A stretch of 43,191 nucleotides of DNA from a virus (lineage: Duplodnaviria; Caudoviricetes): positions 1 to 43,191 of the IMG/VR virus record IMGVR_UViG_3300048606_000021. One strand, written 5' to 3'. Position numbers and translations under genes: made by a program. Position 1 is the first letter of the stretch, and the number at the start of each line of letters is the position of its first letter. This document shows positions 1 through 7,988 of the stretch, one piece after another. The notes under the pieces were generated by a model that worked only from the letters and a program-made list of their open reading frames with translations, was not told where the DNA came from and made no database searches.

Positions 1-126
1 CCCTATCCGCCCCTGAGCGGATCGCGTTTCTTGGAAATGTTAGGAAAACGGCCTGCTTGTGGTGTTTTTTAGGCTCAAGGCGTCGGCTTCGGAGGCCAAC
101 GCTCTATCCAACTGAGCTACGGGCGC
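1..126 (+). repeat. Terminal direct repeat copy 1 (identical to 43066-43191)
   Basis: Exact match ccctatccgc...ctacgggcgc; 126 = k-1 for k=127, so probably circular assembly overlap. Confidence 0.95.
83..126 (-). tRNA. 5' half of tRNA-Arg(CCG); putative attP core
   Basis: Minus strand reads GCGCCCGTAGCTCAGTTGGATAGAGCGTTGGC-CTCCGAA-GCCGA (acceptor 5' strand, D arm, anticodon arm with CCG), then non-tRNA sequence; lies just past the integrase stop. Confidence 0.88.
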
Positions 127-161
127 GTATTGGGCTTTCGGCATCTGACCTAGCCCGATTG

Positions 162-1250
162 TCACTGCGATGGCACTTTCGCTGCTACTAACGCCTCGGT
201 GACCATCCCCAGCGCGGACGCGGCGCGCGGCGCGACGGTCGCACCAGTATACAAGTGACTCGTGCGAATGTCGGCATGCTGCCCAAGTTCCTGCACGGCC
301 CGATCGTCGCGCGTGATACTAGCCACGAGCGTCAAGAAACTGTGCCGAAGCTGGTAGGGCGTCACGTCCAGTAATTCCGTCCGGAGTCGCCGCGCGACGG
401 CTCGGTCTAGGCTCCGGCTCGCATAGGCGCGCGCAATGGCCCGCCGCGCCCTCCTGGCGGCCCGCCTGAGCGATGTTCGGGCTGAGCTGGTGGAATGGCT
501 ACCCCAACAGCCGAGCGCCTTGTAGCGGCGCAGGGCGGCCCATGCTTGCGGTAGGAGCGGCAACCAGACGCCCGCGGCCCCCTTGCCTTTTCGGCGAGCG
601 CGTATATATACCGCCTCATCCCATCGAATGTCGTCTGGTGCAATTTTTGCCATTTGTGCTGGCGGCCAGCCGGTCCAGCGAAATAATTCAAGCCAGGCGC
701 GAGTCATGGACTCTGGCATCGCGTCAAACAGCAGGGCGATGGCGGCCTGGGACAGATCCCGCGGCGGCCCGAGCTCGACGCGATAGCGCGGTACGTCCTT
801 CGCCGGGTTGGGGGCGCTCTTGCCGTCCAGCACGCTCCACAGGTGCATGATCGCCGTTCGGCGATGGTTGACCGTGTTCGGCGCGTAGCCTTCAGCGATC
901 CAGCGTTCCAGTTGCGCGCGAATCTCGCCGGGCGCAATCCCTTTTCGGGTACGTTCCGGCCCAAAATGGGTCAGCCAGAGCCGGAGATCGTCCTCGCGAT
1001 GCCGGTACGTCGGCATGGTCTGCACTTGCGCGAGATAGGCGCGGATGTCTTGCGCCAGCGTCGCGCCGGCAGCCGGAAGGTCGGCGCCCAGCCGGACGCG
1101 GACGCGCTTTTCCTCGCGCCAGCGCCGCATGACAACGATCGCCGTCTCGGCCGGAAAGCACTTGGAATAGAGCTGACCGCGCACGCGCACGCGCGCCCGC
1201 CAGCCGGTCGCGGTCCTAACAATCCCGACTATTGCCTTGATGGGCTTCAT
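162..1250 (-). CDS. int: Tyrosine integrase (atypical box I)
   Basis: N-terminal arm-binding-like WRARVRVRG, SAM-like core (APNTVNHRRTAIMHLW), PYQLRHSF and LGQHADIRTSHLY catalytic motifs; start 1250 preferred over 1283. Confidence 0.9.
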   Translation of the reverse strand: MKPIKAIVGIVRTATGWRARVRVRGQLYSKCFPAETAIVVMRRWREEKRVRVRLGADLPAAGATLAQDIRAYLAQVQTMPTYRHREDDLRLWLTHFGPERTRKGIAPGEIRAQLERWIAEGYAPNTVNHRRTAIMHLWSVLDGKSAPNPAKDVPRYRVELGPPRDLSQAAIALLFDAMPESMTRAWLELFRWTGWPPAQMAKIAPDDIRWDEAVYIRARRKGKGAAGVWLPLLPQAWAALRRYKALGCWGSHSTSSARTSLRRAARRARRAIARAYASRSLDRAVARRLRTELLDVTPYQLRHSFLTLVASITRDDRAVQELGQHADIRTSHLYTGATVAPRAASALGMVTEALVAAKVPSQ

Positions 1251-1279
1251 ATTTCCAGAGCAGGCGATCGATCCACATC

Positions 1280-1765
1280 TCAACCACGGCCAGCGCGGGC
1301 GGTTGCACTTGCGCCAGCGCGATCAGTTTCTCGGCGACTGTCCGTCGTCGCTCGCTTGACGCGGGACTCGGTGATGGACTCGAAGATGTCTGCGAATACA
1401 GCGAAGATCGCATCCGAAACGGCGGCGCGAATGTCAGCAAGTTCGAGGACAGGGCCGGTGACGGAGACATCGCCGGGAGGGTGACGGCTGGCTTTTGTTT
1501 CATAGTGCTGGGGTTCTGCGCCGGTCAGGGTTTCCAAAGACACCTGATAGAGCTTGGCCAGGTGTTCCAATGTGTCGCGTTCGGGGCCTGTGGCGCGTTT
1601 ACCGTTTTCAATTTGGCTGATGGTGGCGGGATCGACGCCGATCATGGCCGCTACTTCGTAGGCTCTCCAGCCACGCGCATTACGGAGGCTGACAAGCTGT
1701 TTGCCGAGCGCGATCCAGCGGGGATCGCGCTCTACGGGCTTTCTTCCGCGCTTGACTTTTGTCAT
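1280..1765 (-). CDS. CI-like XRE HTH repressor
   Basis: LRNARGWRAYEVAAMIGVDPATISQIENGKR HTH; divergent from cro-like gene; no S24 peptidase domain seen. Confidence 0.85.
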   Translation of the reverse strand: MTKVKRGRKPVERDPRWIALGKQLVSLRNARGWRAYEVAAMIGVDPATISQIENGKRATGPERDTLEHLAKLYQVSLETLTGAEPQHYETKASRHPPGDVSVTGPVLELADIRAAVSDAIFAVFADIFESITESRVKRATTDSRRETDRAGASATARAGRG

Positions 1766-1773
1766 GGTGCCAC

Positions 1774-1782
1774 ACCTTAACA
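1774..1782 (-). promoter_or_regulatory. Extended -10 promoter (TGtTAAGGT) for repressor; near-leaderless
   Basis: 8 nt upstream of ATG 1765 on minus strand. Confidence 0.45.
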
Positions 1783-1865
1783 CTTAACCCAAATCCGGTA
1801 AACGCGTGTAATTGTTTCTCTGTCAGACGCTTACGGGGTATTTGTAGGCGCAATGTTCTTTGCGC

Positions 1866-1895
1866 TTGACACCATTACGCGCCAAGGCGTATTGT
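1866..1895 (+). promoter_or_regulatory. Rightward early promoter (PR-like)
   Basis: TTGACA-N18-TATTGT, 6 nt before ATG 1902; adjacent inverted repeat GCGCAA-N6-TTGCGC at 1848-1865. Confidence 0.7.
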
Positions 1896-1901
1896 GTCGT
1901 C

Positions 1902-2105
1902 ATGACGTTGCGAGACGCGCGGAAGGCTCGGAAGATGACGCAGGCGCAATTAGCCGCCAAGTCGGGCGTACCCCAGCAGTTTATTTCCCGCCTGGAGCGC
2001 GGGGACGCGCGCAATCCCGCGCACCGGGCCGTTATGGCGATCTGCCTCGCGCTTGAGATGGACCCCCGCCAGATCGATGAATTCCACAACGGGGGCCGCC
2101 GGTGA
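1902..2105 (+). CDS. Cro-like XRE HTH protein
   Basis: MTLRDARKARKMTQAQLAAKSGVPQQFISRLERG. Confidence 0.85.
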   Translation: MTLRDARKARKMTQAQLAAKSGVPQQFISRLERGDARNPAHRAVMAICLALEMDPRQIDEFHNGGRR

Positions 2106-2302
2106 GCGCCATGCCGACGATCGATAGCCCGTATCTCACGCTCGCCGAAGGGGCGATCCGGTGGCGCTTCACCGTGACGGCGCCCAAAGAGCCCGTCCAG
2201 GCGCTCCGCGAATGGTTGGCGCGTAATGCGGTGCCGATCAAACGCCGCGGTCGCGTAATTCTCGTAGAAACGGCCGTCGTTGACGCCATGTTGGATCGTT
2301 GA
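2102..2302 (+). CDS. Xis-like small DNA-binding protein
   Basis: PYLTLAEGA...IKRRGRVILV pattern resembles HTH_17 excisionases; coupled to cro. Confidence 0.55.
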   Translation: MSAMPTIDSPYLTLAEGAIRWRFTVTAPKEPVQALREWLARNAVPIKRRGRVILVETAVVDAMLDR

Positions 2303-2317
2303 ATCACGGTTCAGAGT

Positions 2318-2677
2318 GTGTGTGGTGCGCTTATGGGAAATCTAGAACATTCGTTTGACGCCCCGAAGTCAACCGGCTTGCCGGCGGTCGATGTTGCGCT
2401 GTTCTTGCGCGCCGCCGTTGAGAGCCAGGGCTTTCAACACCAGAGCGTTGCCGGGGACATCGGTTACCACGGCGATTACTTCAACAAAGTCCTGGGCAAC
2501 GTGCGCGGGATCACGCTGGATCGCCTCGGGCGGCTTCCGCTCGACGTGCAGCGCGATCTGGTGGGCCGGTGGGCCGCCGCGCTCGGTATGGCGCCCGCGC
2601 CGGGTATCGAACAGCTCGCGGGACTTGCGGATCTGATTGCCTCGCGCCGCGTGCGCGTCACCATTGAATCGAGATAA
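2318..2677 (+). CDS. CII-like transcriptional regulator (putative)
   Basis: Position after cro/xis; HTH-like HQSVAGDIGYHGDYFNKVLG; start may be ATG 2333. Confidence 0.45.
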   Translation: MCGALMGNLEHSFDAPKSTGLPAVDVALFLRAAVESQGFQHQSVAGDIGYHGDYFNKVLGNVRGITLDRLGRLPLDVQRDLVGRWAAALGMAPAPGIEQLAGLADLIASRRVRVTIESR

Positions 2678-2687
2678 CAGGAGTCAT

Positions 2688-3644
2688 ATGAACCAGCCCG
2701 AGTCGCCCGTCACGCCGTTCCATCAGTTTACGCACGATGGCGCGGAAGTCTTGATCTTGCGGTGCGGCCCGCAGGACGGCCGCTCGTATGGCGGCTTCCA
2801 GTGGCCGCTGACGGTTGGGGCCGAAGTCAGCGCGCCGGATTGGAATCCTGCGCCGGTGTGCGGCGGCGGGCTGCACGGCTGGGCCTGGGGCCTGTCGTTC
2901 GGCGACGGCAAAGAGCCCGACTGGAATGGCCGCTGGATCGTCTTTGGCGCCAAGCCGGCCGATGTCGTGTTAGTGGACGGCAAGGTCAAGGCGCGCTCAG
3001 GCGTTATTCGGTTTGTTGGCGAGTGGCAGGCCGCAACCAATTTCATTCTGTCGGGGCAGATCGCGTGGGTGCTTCACGCCTCCAGCGGCGCATCGTCGGC
3101 CACGGGCAACAGGGGCGCATCGTCGGCCACGGGCTACAGGGGCGCATCGTCGGCCACGGGCAACAGCGGCGCATCGTCGGCCACGGGCGACAGGGGCGCA
3201 TCGTCGGCCACGGGCAACAGGGGCGCATCGTCGGCCACGGGCGACAGCGGCGCATCGTCGGCCACGGGCTACAGGGGCGCATCGTCGGCCACGGGCAACA
3301 GCGGCGCATCGTCGGCCACGGGCTACAGGGGCGCATCGTCGGCCACGGGCAACAGGGGCGCATCGTCGGCCACGGGCGACAGCGGCGCATCGTCGGCCAC
3401 GGGCTACAGGGGCGCATCGTCGGCCACGGGCAACGCGAGCGCTGCCGTCGTGACCGGCCTGGACGGTCGCGCTCGCGGCGGCCCCTACGGAGTGATCGCG
3501 CTGGCGTTCTACAACGCCAAGGCGAAGCGCCAGGAAATGCGCTGCGCGCGGATCGGCAACGGCAAGGATCGCCAATTGAAACCCGGAAAATGGTACCGGC
3601 TCGACGCGCGCGGGCGCTTCGTTGTTGACAAGGTGCAGTCATGA
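2688..3644 (+). CDS. Phage repeat protein (DUF7666-like N-domain plus 9-aa GASSATGxx repeats)
   Basis: AGGAG SD at 2679-2683; CGGGLHGW N-domain, repeat tract, C-terminal LKPGKWYRLD motif typical of this phage family. Confidence 0.8.
   Translation: MNQPESPVTPFHQFTHDGAEVLILRCGPQDGRSYGGFQWPLTVGAEVSAPDWNPAPVCGGGLHGWAWGLSFGDGKEPDWNGRWIVFGAKPADVVLVDGKVKARSGVIRFVGEWQAATNFILSGQIAWVLHASSGASSATGNRGASSATGYRGASSATGNSGASSATGDRGASSATGNRGASSATGDSGASSATGYRGASSATGNSGASSATGYRGASSATGNRGASSATGDSGASSATGYRGASSATGNASAAVVTGLDGRARGGPYGVIALAFYNAKAKRQEMRCARIGNGKDRQLKPGKWYRLDARGRFVVDKVQS
3087..3434 (+). repeat. 27-nt coding tandem repeat, 12 full units plus one 24-nt partial
   Basis: GGCGCATCGTCGGCCACGGGC[A/T/G]ACAG[G/C]. 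Confidence 0.97.
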
Positions 3645-3796
3645 GCGATTCGCAAAAAGTGTCACCGGAGTGGTTACGCGATCAGCGCCGAAGCGACATG
3701 CAACAGGGCTGGATCGATGGCCCGGTCTGGCGCACGGTGGGTAACGGCCTTCTGAAACTGGTTCAGCCCGCCGCGAAAGACGACGGCCGCAAATGA
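3641..3796 (+). CDS. Hypothetical protein (51 aa)
   Basis: MSDSQKVSPEW..., ATGA-coupled on both sides; not in ORF track. Confidence 0.6.
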   Translation: MSDSQKVSPEWLRDQRRSDMQQGWIDGPVWRTVGNGLLKLVQPAAKDDGRK

Positions 3797-4140
3797 AGCC
3801 GCAAATCTTCGTATTCGGCTCCAACCTTGCCGGGCGTCACGGCGCGGGCGCCGCGGCTGCCGCGTTGCGACTCTATGGCGCGATTTACGGCGTTGGCGTG
3901 GGCCTACAGGGCAATTCGTACGGGATCCCCACGAAAGACGCGCGCGTGCAGACCTTGCCTCTGTCCGCCATCAGCGGCTACGTGCACCAATTCATAGCCT
4001 TTGCCGGCCAGCATCCGACATGGGTTTTTAACGTGACGCGCATCGGCTGCGGGCTCGCAGGCTATACAGACTCAGACATCGCGCCAATGTTCCACGACGC
4101 CCCAGCCAACTGCAATTTACCAGAGGGATGGCGCCCATGA
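3793..4140 (+). CDS. A1S_2505-family phage protein (macrodomain-like)
   Basis: IFVFGSNLAGRHGAGAA...SYGIPTK...VTRIGCGLAG motifs. Confidence 0.8.
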   Translation: MKPQIFVFGSNLAGRHGAGAAAAALRLYGAIYGVGVGLQGNSYGIPTKDARVQTLPLSAISGYVHQFIAFAGQHPTWVFNVTRIGCGLAGYTDSDIAPMFHDAPANCNLPEGWRP

Positions 4141-4325
4141 CCGGCGATGAGTCGCCACGCTGCACGAAGCGCCCGTATGGCTCCGTGGAAGCCGTACGCC
4201 GGGCGCACCGGCGCGCGAGCTGGCGGGTCCGCGCCTACTGGTGCGAAGACTGCCGCGCCTATCACGGCACCAACCACGAGAAACACCGGGACCATTACGA
4301 ATACGAGGACACCCGGCGGCGCTAA
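4137..4325 (+). CDS. Small Zn-finger-like hypothetical protein
   Basis: C..KR.Y...RAYWCEDCRAYH motif; ATGA coupling. Confidence 0.6.
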   Translation: MTGDESPRCTKRPYGSVEAVRRAHRRASWRVRAYWCEDCRAYHGTNHEKHRDHYEYEDTRRR

Positions 4326-4411
4326 CAAATCTCGTGGCCGTATGTTCCAAGGCTGGACACGCGCCAGATCCATAACTCCGTAGGGCCTCCGTAGGCGCAA
4401 TTAAATAGGCG

Positions 4412-4462
4412 TAGACAAGCAGATCAGCCCGTGGTATCGTCCGTGCATTGGTGTTGACGCAA
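4412..4462 (+). promoter_or_regulatory. Promoter plus palindromic operator-like site
   Basis: TAGACA-N17-TATCGT with TG extension; TGGTGT-TG-ACGCAA at 4449-4462 touches the start codon. Confidence 0.6.
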
Positions 4463-4650
4463 TGACAAATCAACCAACCGTCCGGTGCGCGTGGTGCAAA
4501 GCCCTAATGGTTCAGGGCGATCCGATCGTGCCGGAATCGCACGGTATCTGCCCGCCCTGCGCGGTTGACTGGCCAGAGAGGGACAGTCCAGACGAGCCCG
4601 AGGCCGACGACAGCGAATTGGCGGCATGGCGGGAGGTGTCCCGTGTGTGA
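4462..4650 (+). CDS. Small Cys-rich hypothetical protein
   Basis: CAWC...SHGICPPC zinc-ribbon motif. Confidence 0.65.
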   Translation: MTNQPTVRCAWCKALMVQGDPIVPESHGICPPCAVDWPERDSPDEPEADDSELAAWREVSRV

Positions 4651-4834
4651 TTGCGCCTGCGGTAACTACGACTCGCGCTGCCAAAACGACGGTTGCAGCA
4701 ACGGTGAATGCCGGGACTGCCGAGACGCGCGCGAGGCCGAAGAGACGCAGCGCGCTCGCGTGACGGCGGCGCTTGAAACGATCCAGGCCAACGCGGCCGG
4801 GCATCCTGCGGGCCTTGACCCGCGAAAGGGTTAG
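4643..4834 (+). CDS. Small Cys-rich hypothetical protein
   Basis: GGAGG upstream of GTG 4643; CDCAC...C...C...CRDC. Confidence 0.5.
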   Translation: MCDCACGNYDSRCQNDGCSNGECRDCRDAREAEETQRARVTAALETIQANAAGHPAGLDPRKG

Positions 4835-4839
4835 AAAAA

Positions 4840-5067
4840 GTGAACACGCACATCAATCTTCTGTTTGAGGCCGCTTCGCCAAGGGCGCGGTTCTTGACCT
4901 CGGCTTCCGGCGAAGCGTTTATCGCGCTCACGATTGGCGGATTCGACGCGATCTTGCCGGGCGCGGATGCCGCAGCCGTGGCCTCTGCGCGGGCCATTGC
5001 GGCGGCGCTGGGCACGGCGGCATGCGCGCTCGAAGCCGAGATTGAGCGGAAAGCGGTGGCCGCATGA
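4840..5067 (+). CDS. Hypothetical protein
   Basis: Fills operon; ATGA-coupled to 5064. Confidence 0.55.
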   Translation: MNTHINLLFEAASPRARFLTSASGEAFIALTIGGFDAILPGADAAAVASARAIAAALGTAACALEAEIERKAVAA

Positions 5068-6683
5068 GCGAACAGACCGCAACCGCCGTAGCCGACGCGC
5101 CGCCAGTGCGCGATCCGCAAGAGCTCGCGCTGATCGACCTGAGTTCTATCAGTTTCCCGCTCTTTCTCACGTCGGCCTCTGAGCCCGATCCGAACGCCGC
5201 GAGCACCAAGATCGTGGACCGGATTCGCGCGCTGACATCGCAGCACAAGCACGCCGCGATCTGTTGCGACTCGGGCCGCTCGTTCCGCGCTGACATCGAT
5301 CCGGCCTACAAGGCGCAGCGCGAAGCACAGCCGGCGGCGTATCACCATCAGGTCGCGCTCGCAAAGGAACGGCTCGAAGCGGACGGCTATCCGGTGTGGG
5401 CCGTCAAGGGCTTCGAGGCTGACGACCTGATCGCGACGGCGACGGCCAGGGCGCTGGCCATGGACGGCTCGGTGCTCATCGTCTCGGCCGACAAAGACCT
5501 ATTGCAGCTCGTGGGGCCGAAGGTGCGCGCGCTCTCCCCGGCGACCAACAAGGACTATGACGAGGCGGCGGTCGTCGCCAAGTTCGGCGTCCAGCCGTCG
5601 CAGATGCGCGATTATCTTGCGCTTGTCGGCGACGCTTCCGACAACATCGTCGGGGCTAAGGGCATTGGGCCAAAGAAGGCCGCCAATCTCTTGCTTCGCT
5701 TTGACAGTATCGCCAACCTGCTCGCGGAGATGAAAGGCGCCGATCTTCATGGGCCGCCTTCCATTGTTACGCCGTCAGAGTTCGTTTCGCTTGCCGAGTT
5801 CAAGGATCGCGCCGAGACGGTCTGCAGGCTGATCACGCTCCGCTTTGACGTGGAGTTGCCATTCGAGGAAGTCGCCGCCGAACGCGCGCCGCGCAATCAG
5901 GCGCCCATGGAGGACGAAGAAATGGAAGCATTGGAAACGCCAACAACCGCCATCGTCGGCGAAGTGTTGCCGCCGCTCGCGGCGCCCGTTCCGCAGAACG
6001 GCCCGGCGCCGGTTGCCGTTACGTCGTCTGGTCCGGTGGTCGCAACGCAGGCCGCGGCGCCGCCGGCCGCGCCCCCGGTCAGCATGGGCCAGGCGCTCGC
6101 CTCTCCCGAAGCGGTTGGCCTCGCGCCGGTCGAGTTCGAGAAACAGCTTGAGCCGCGCTCGCTGGGGCAGGCTGGCAAACTCGCCGAGTACATGCACCGC
6201 GCGGCCATGTTCAAGGGCTACGGCAACGCGCCCGCCGTGCTGTCAACCATCCTGGCGGGCCGGGAGCTTGGCATGCAGGCCATCGCGTCCCTGCGCGGCT
6301 TCCACGTAATCGAGGGCAAACACTCGTTGGCGGCTGACGCCATGCGCGGGCTCGTGCTGCGCTCCGGCGCCGCGAAATACTTCCGGGTCGTGGAGCGCAC
6401 CATCGAGCGCGCGACGTTCGAGACGTGGCGCAAAGACGATCCCGAGTCGATCCGCTTGACCTATACGATCGAAGAGGCGCGCGCCGCCTACGGTTTCGGC
6501 ACCGACGCGAACGAAAAAGCGCTCAACGAGCGTGAGGCGAAGTGGCGCGCAAGTTCCTGGGGCAAGCAGGCGGCTGACATGCTCGCGGCTCGGGCGTCGT
6601 CCAAACTCGCGCGGTTGGTCTACGCGGACATCCTGTTTGGCCTCTATTCGCCGGCCGAGCTTTCCGATCACGAGGCCGCGTAA
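5064..6683 (+). CDS. Fusion of PolA/T5-type 5'-3' exonuclease (FEN) and RecT/Red-beta-like ssDNA annealing domain
   Basis: FEN motifs FR...AYKAQR, GFEADDLIAT, SADKDLLQL, LVGDASDNIVGAKGIGPKKA (H3TH); Pro/Ala linker; C-domain ILAGRELGMQAIASLRGFHVIEGK...TYTIEEARAA...W...DMLAARA resembles phage RecT-like annealases. Confidence 0.8.
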   Translation: MSEQTATAVADAPPVRDPQELALIDLSSISFPLFLTSASEPDPNAASTKIVDRIRALTSQHKHAAICCDSGRSFRADIDPAYKAQREAQPAAYHHQVALAKERLEADGYPVWAVKGFEADDLIATATARALAMDGSVLIVSADKDLLQLVGPKVRALSPATNKDYDEAAVVAKFGVQPSQMRDYLALVGDASDNIVGAKGIGPKKAANLLLRFDSIANLLAEMKGADLHGPPSIVTPSEFVSLAEFKDRAETVCRLITLRFDVELPFEEVAAERAPRNQAPMEDEEMEALETPTTAIVGEVLPPLAAPVPQNGPAPVAVTSSGPVVATQAAAPPAAPPVSMGQALASPEAVGLAPVEFEKQLEPRSLGQAGKLAEYMHRAAMFKGYGNAPAVLSTILAGRELGMQAIASLRGFHVIEGKHSLAADAMRGLVLRSGAAKYFRVVERTIERATFETWRKDDPESIRLTYTIEEARAAYGFGTDANEKALNEREAKWRASSWGKQAADMLAARASSKLARLVYADILFGLYSPAELSDHEAA

Positions 6684-6887
6684 ATGGGCTCGACGCTGCA
6701 ACCTGTCGCCGAACTGGATGACGCGACCGCAATTCGAGTCACTGATGCCGTGCTCCGCTACATGGCTAAGTCAATGGCGATGACCGACGTTTATGAGGAC
6801 CAAGAGCAGAACTGGATATTCGGGCACATGGTAACGCTAGCGCAGAGGCTTGCGCTCGATTTTCAACGGAAGGGCCTTAGCAAATGA
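6684..6887 (+). CDS. Hypothetical protein
   Basis: Abuts previous stop; ATGA-coupled to 6884. Confidence 0.55.
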   Translation: MGSTLQPVAELDDATAIRVTDAVLRYMAKSMAMTDVYEDQEQNWIFGHMVTLAQRLALDFQRKGLSK

Positions 6888-7378
6888 CCGATCACGAATT
6901 GCACATCCTGCGCGCCGCGAAGGCGCTGATCGATACGCTCCTGGGCGCGAGTCCCGCGAGCGACAACGGCAACGCGCCTGAGCGCGCTAACGATCGCGAC
7001 CTTGACAGCAAATGGGGCGATCCCGATGTCAAGTTTCACCCACGCGACTGGAAGGGCGAAGCCTGCAAGGGGCGCCGCATGTCGGAGTGCCCGCCCGAGT
7101 TCCTTGATCTGCTCGCAGGGACGTTCGATTACTTCGCCAAGAAGGCCGACGAAACCGGCGAGACAACCAACGCCGGCAAGCCCGTAGCGCCCTACAAGCG
7201 GAAGGACGCCGCCAGGGCTCGCGGCTGGGCGCATCGGATCCGAGGCGGCTGGCGGCCGGAGACGGTAGACGAGCCGGCGGCTGGTTCACTCGCGGAAGGG
7301 TTCGGCGATCCAGCCGAGCCGTCCGGCTTCGACGTGAGCGGCTTTGAAGAAGTAGACGCGGATTCGATCCCGTTTTAG
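6884..7378 (+). CDS. Protein with SSB-type acidic C-terminal tip
   Basis: Ends GFEEVDADSIPF; lies in recombination module; core is not an obvious OB fold. Confidence 0.55.
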   Translation: MTDHELHILRAAKALIDTLLGASPASDNGNAPERANDRDLDSKWGDPDVKFHPRDWKGEACKGRRMSECPPEFLDLLAGTFDYFAKKADETGETTNAGKPVAPYKRKDAARARGWAHRIRGGWRPETVDEPAAGSLAEGFGDPAEPSGFDVSGFEEVDADSIPF

Positions 7379-7380
7379 CC

Positions 7381-7794
7381 ATGGCGCAATACGTCTTCGC
7401 CGCCGAAGTCTCGGCCGACGCAAAGCCCAAGCTCGATGATTTGCCGCGCTACCGCGAAGCGCTCAAGTCGCTGGCCGGGCAACGGATCGAGCTCGTGCTG
7501 CGCAAGCCAAAGTCTCAGCGCTCGCTCGACATGAACGCCTATTTGCACTCGGACACAGGCCCGTTTCGGCTCCTGGGTGAGCACTTCGGCGAGGACATGA
7601 CCGGGATTAAGTACTCGCTCATGGGCGAGTGTTTCGGCTGGGTCTACTCCAAGGCCGCCGGGCGCGAGGTGCCGATCAAGGCGCATACGTCGGAGATGTC
7701 GGCCGAAGACTCGAAATTCTTTGTCGATTGGGTGATTCCGTGGGCGGCGGCCAACCACGGCGTTTCAATTCCACTGCCAAGGGAAACGCTGTGA
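7381..7794 (+). CDS. NinB/Orf-like recombination mediator
   Basis: RSLDMNAYLH...HTSEMSAEDSKFFVDWVIPWAAANHGVSIP. Confidence 0.7.
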   Translation: MAQYVFAAEVSADAKPKLDDLPRYREALKSLAGQRIELVLRKPKSQRSLDMNAYLHSDTGPFRLLGEHFGEDMTGIKYSLMGECFGWVYSKAAGREVPIKAHTSEMSAEDSKFFVDWVIPWAAANHGVSIPLPRETL

Positions 7795-7988
7795 AGACAG
7801 CCGCGATCGTCAGCGTGCTTCCGTCGTTCTATTTCGCTGGCGCCGTGGTGATAGAGACGGACTGCGATCACAGTCATCTACGCCCGCGCGGGCTAAAGCC
7901 GTACGCCGTTGGCGATGACTTTGACTGCCCGTTTGAGCATGACGACGGCACGGGCATGAGCGCCGACGAAAAGGCGTGGCTTGGATGA
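7791..7988 (+). CDS. Hypothetical protein
   Basis: GTGA/ATGA coupled on both sides. Confidence 0.5.
   Translation: MKTAAIVSVLPSFYFAGAVVIETDCDHSHLRPRGLKPYAVGDDFDCPFEHDDGTGMSADEKAWLG

Noticed and set aside
83-126. Functional full-length tRNA gene
   Set aside because: No T arm or acceptor 3' strand
3087-3434. CRISPR array or DGR template/variable repeat
   Set aside because: No unique spacers, repeat is in-frame coding, no cas or reverse transcriptase gene in the window
2762-3642. Long alternative-frame ORFs over the repeat
   Set aside because: By-products of a stop-free 27-nt repeat; only the GASSATG frame has an SD and recognisable flanking domains
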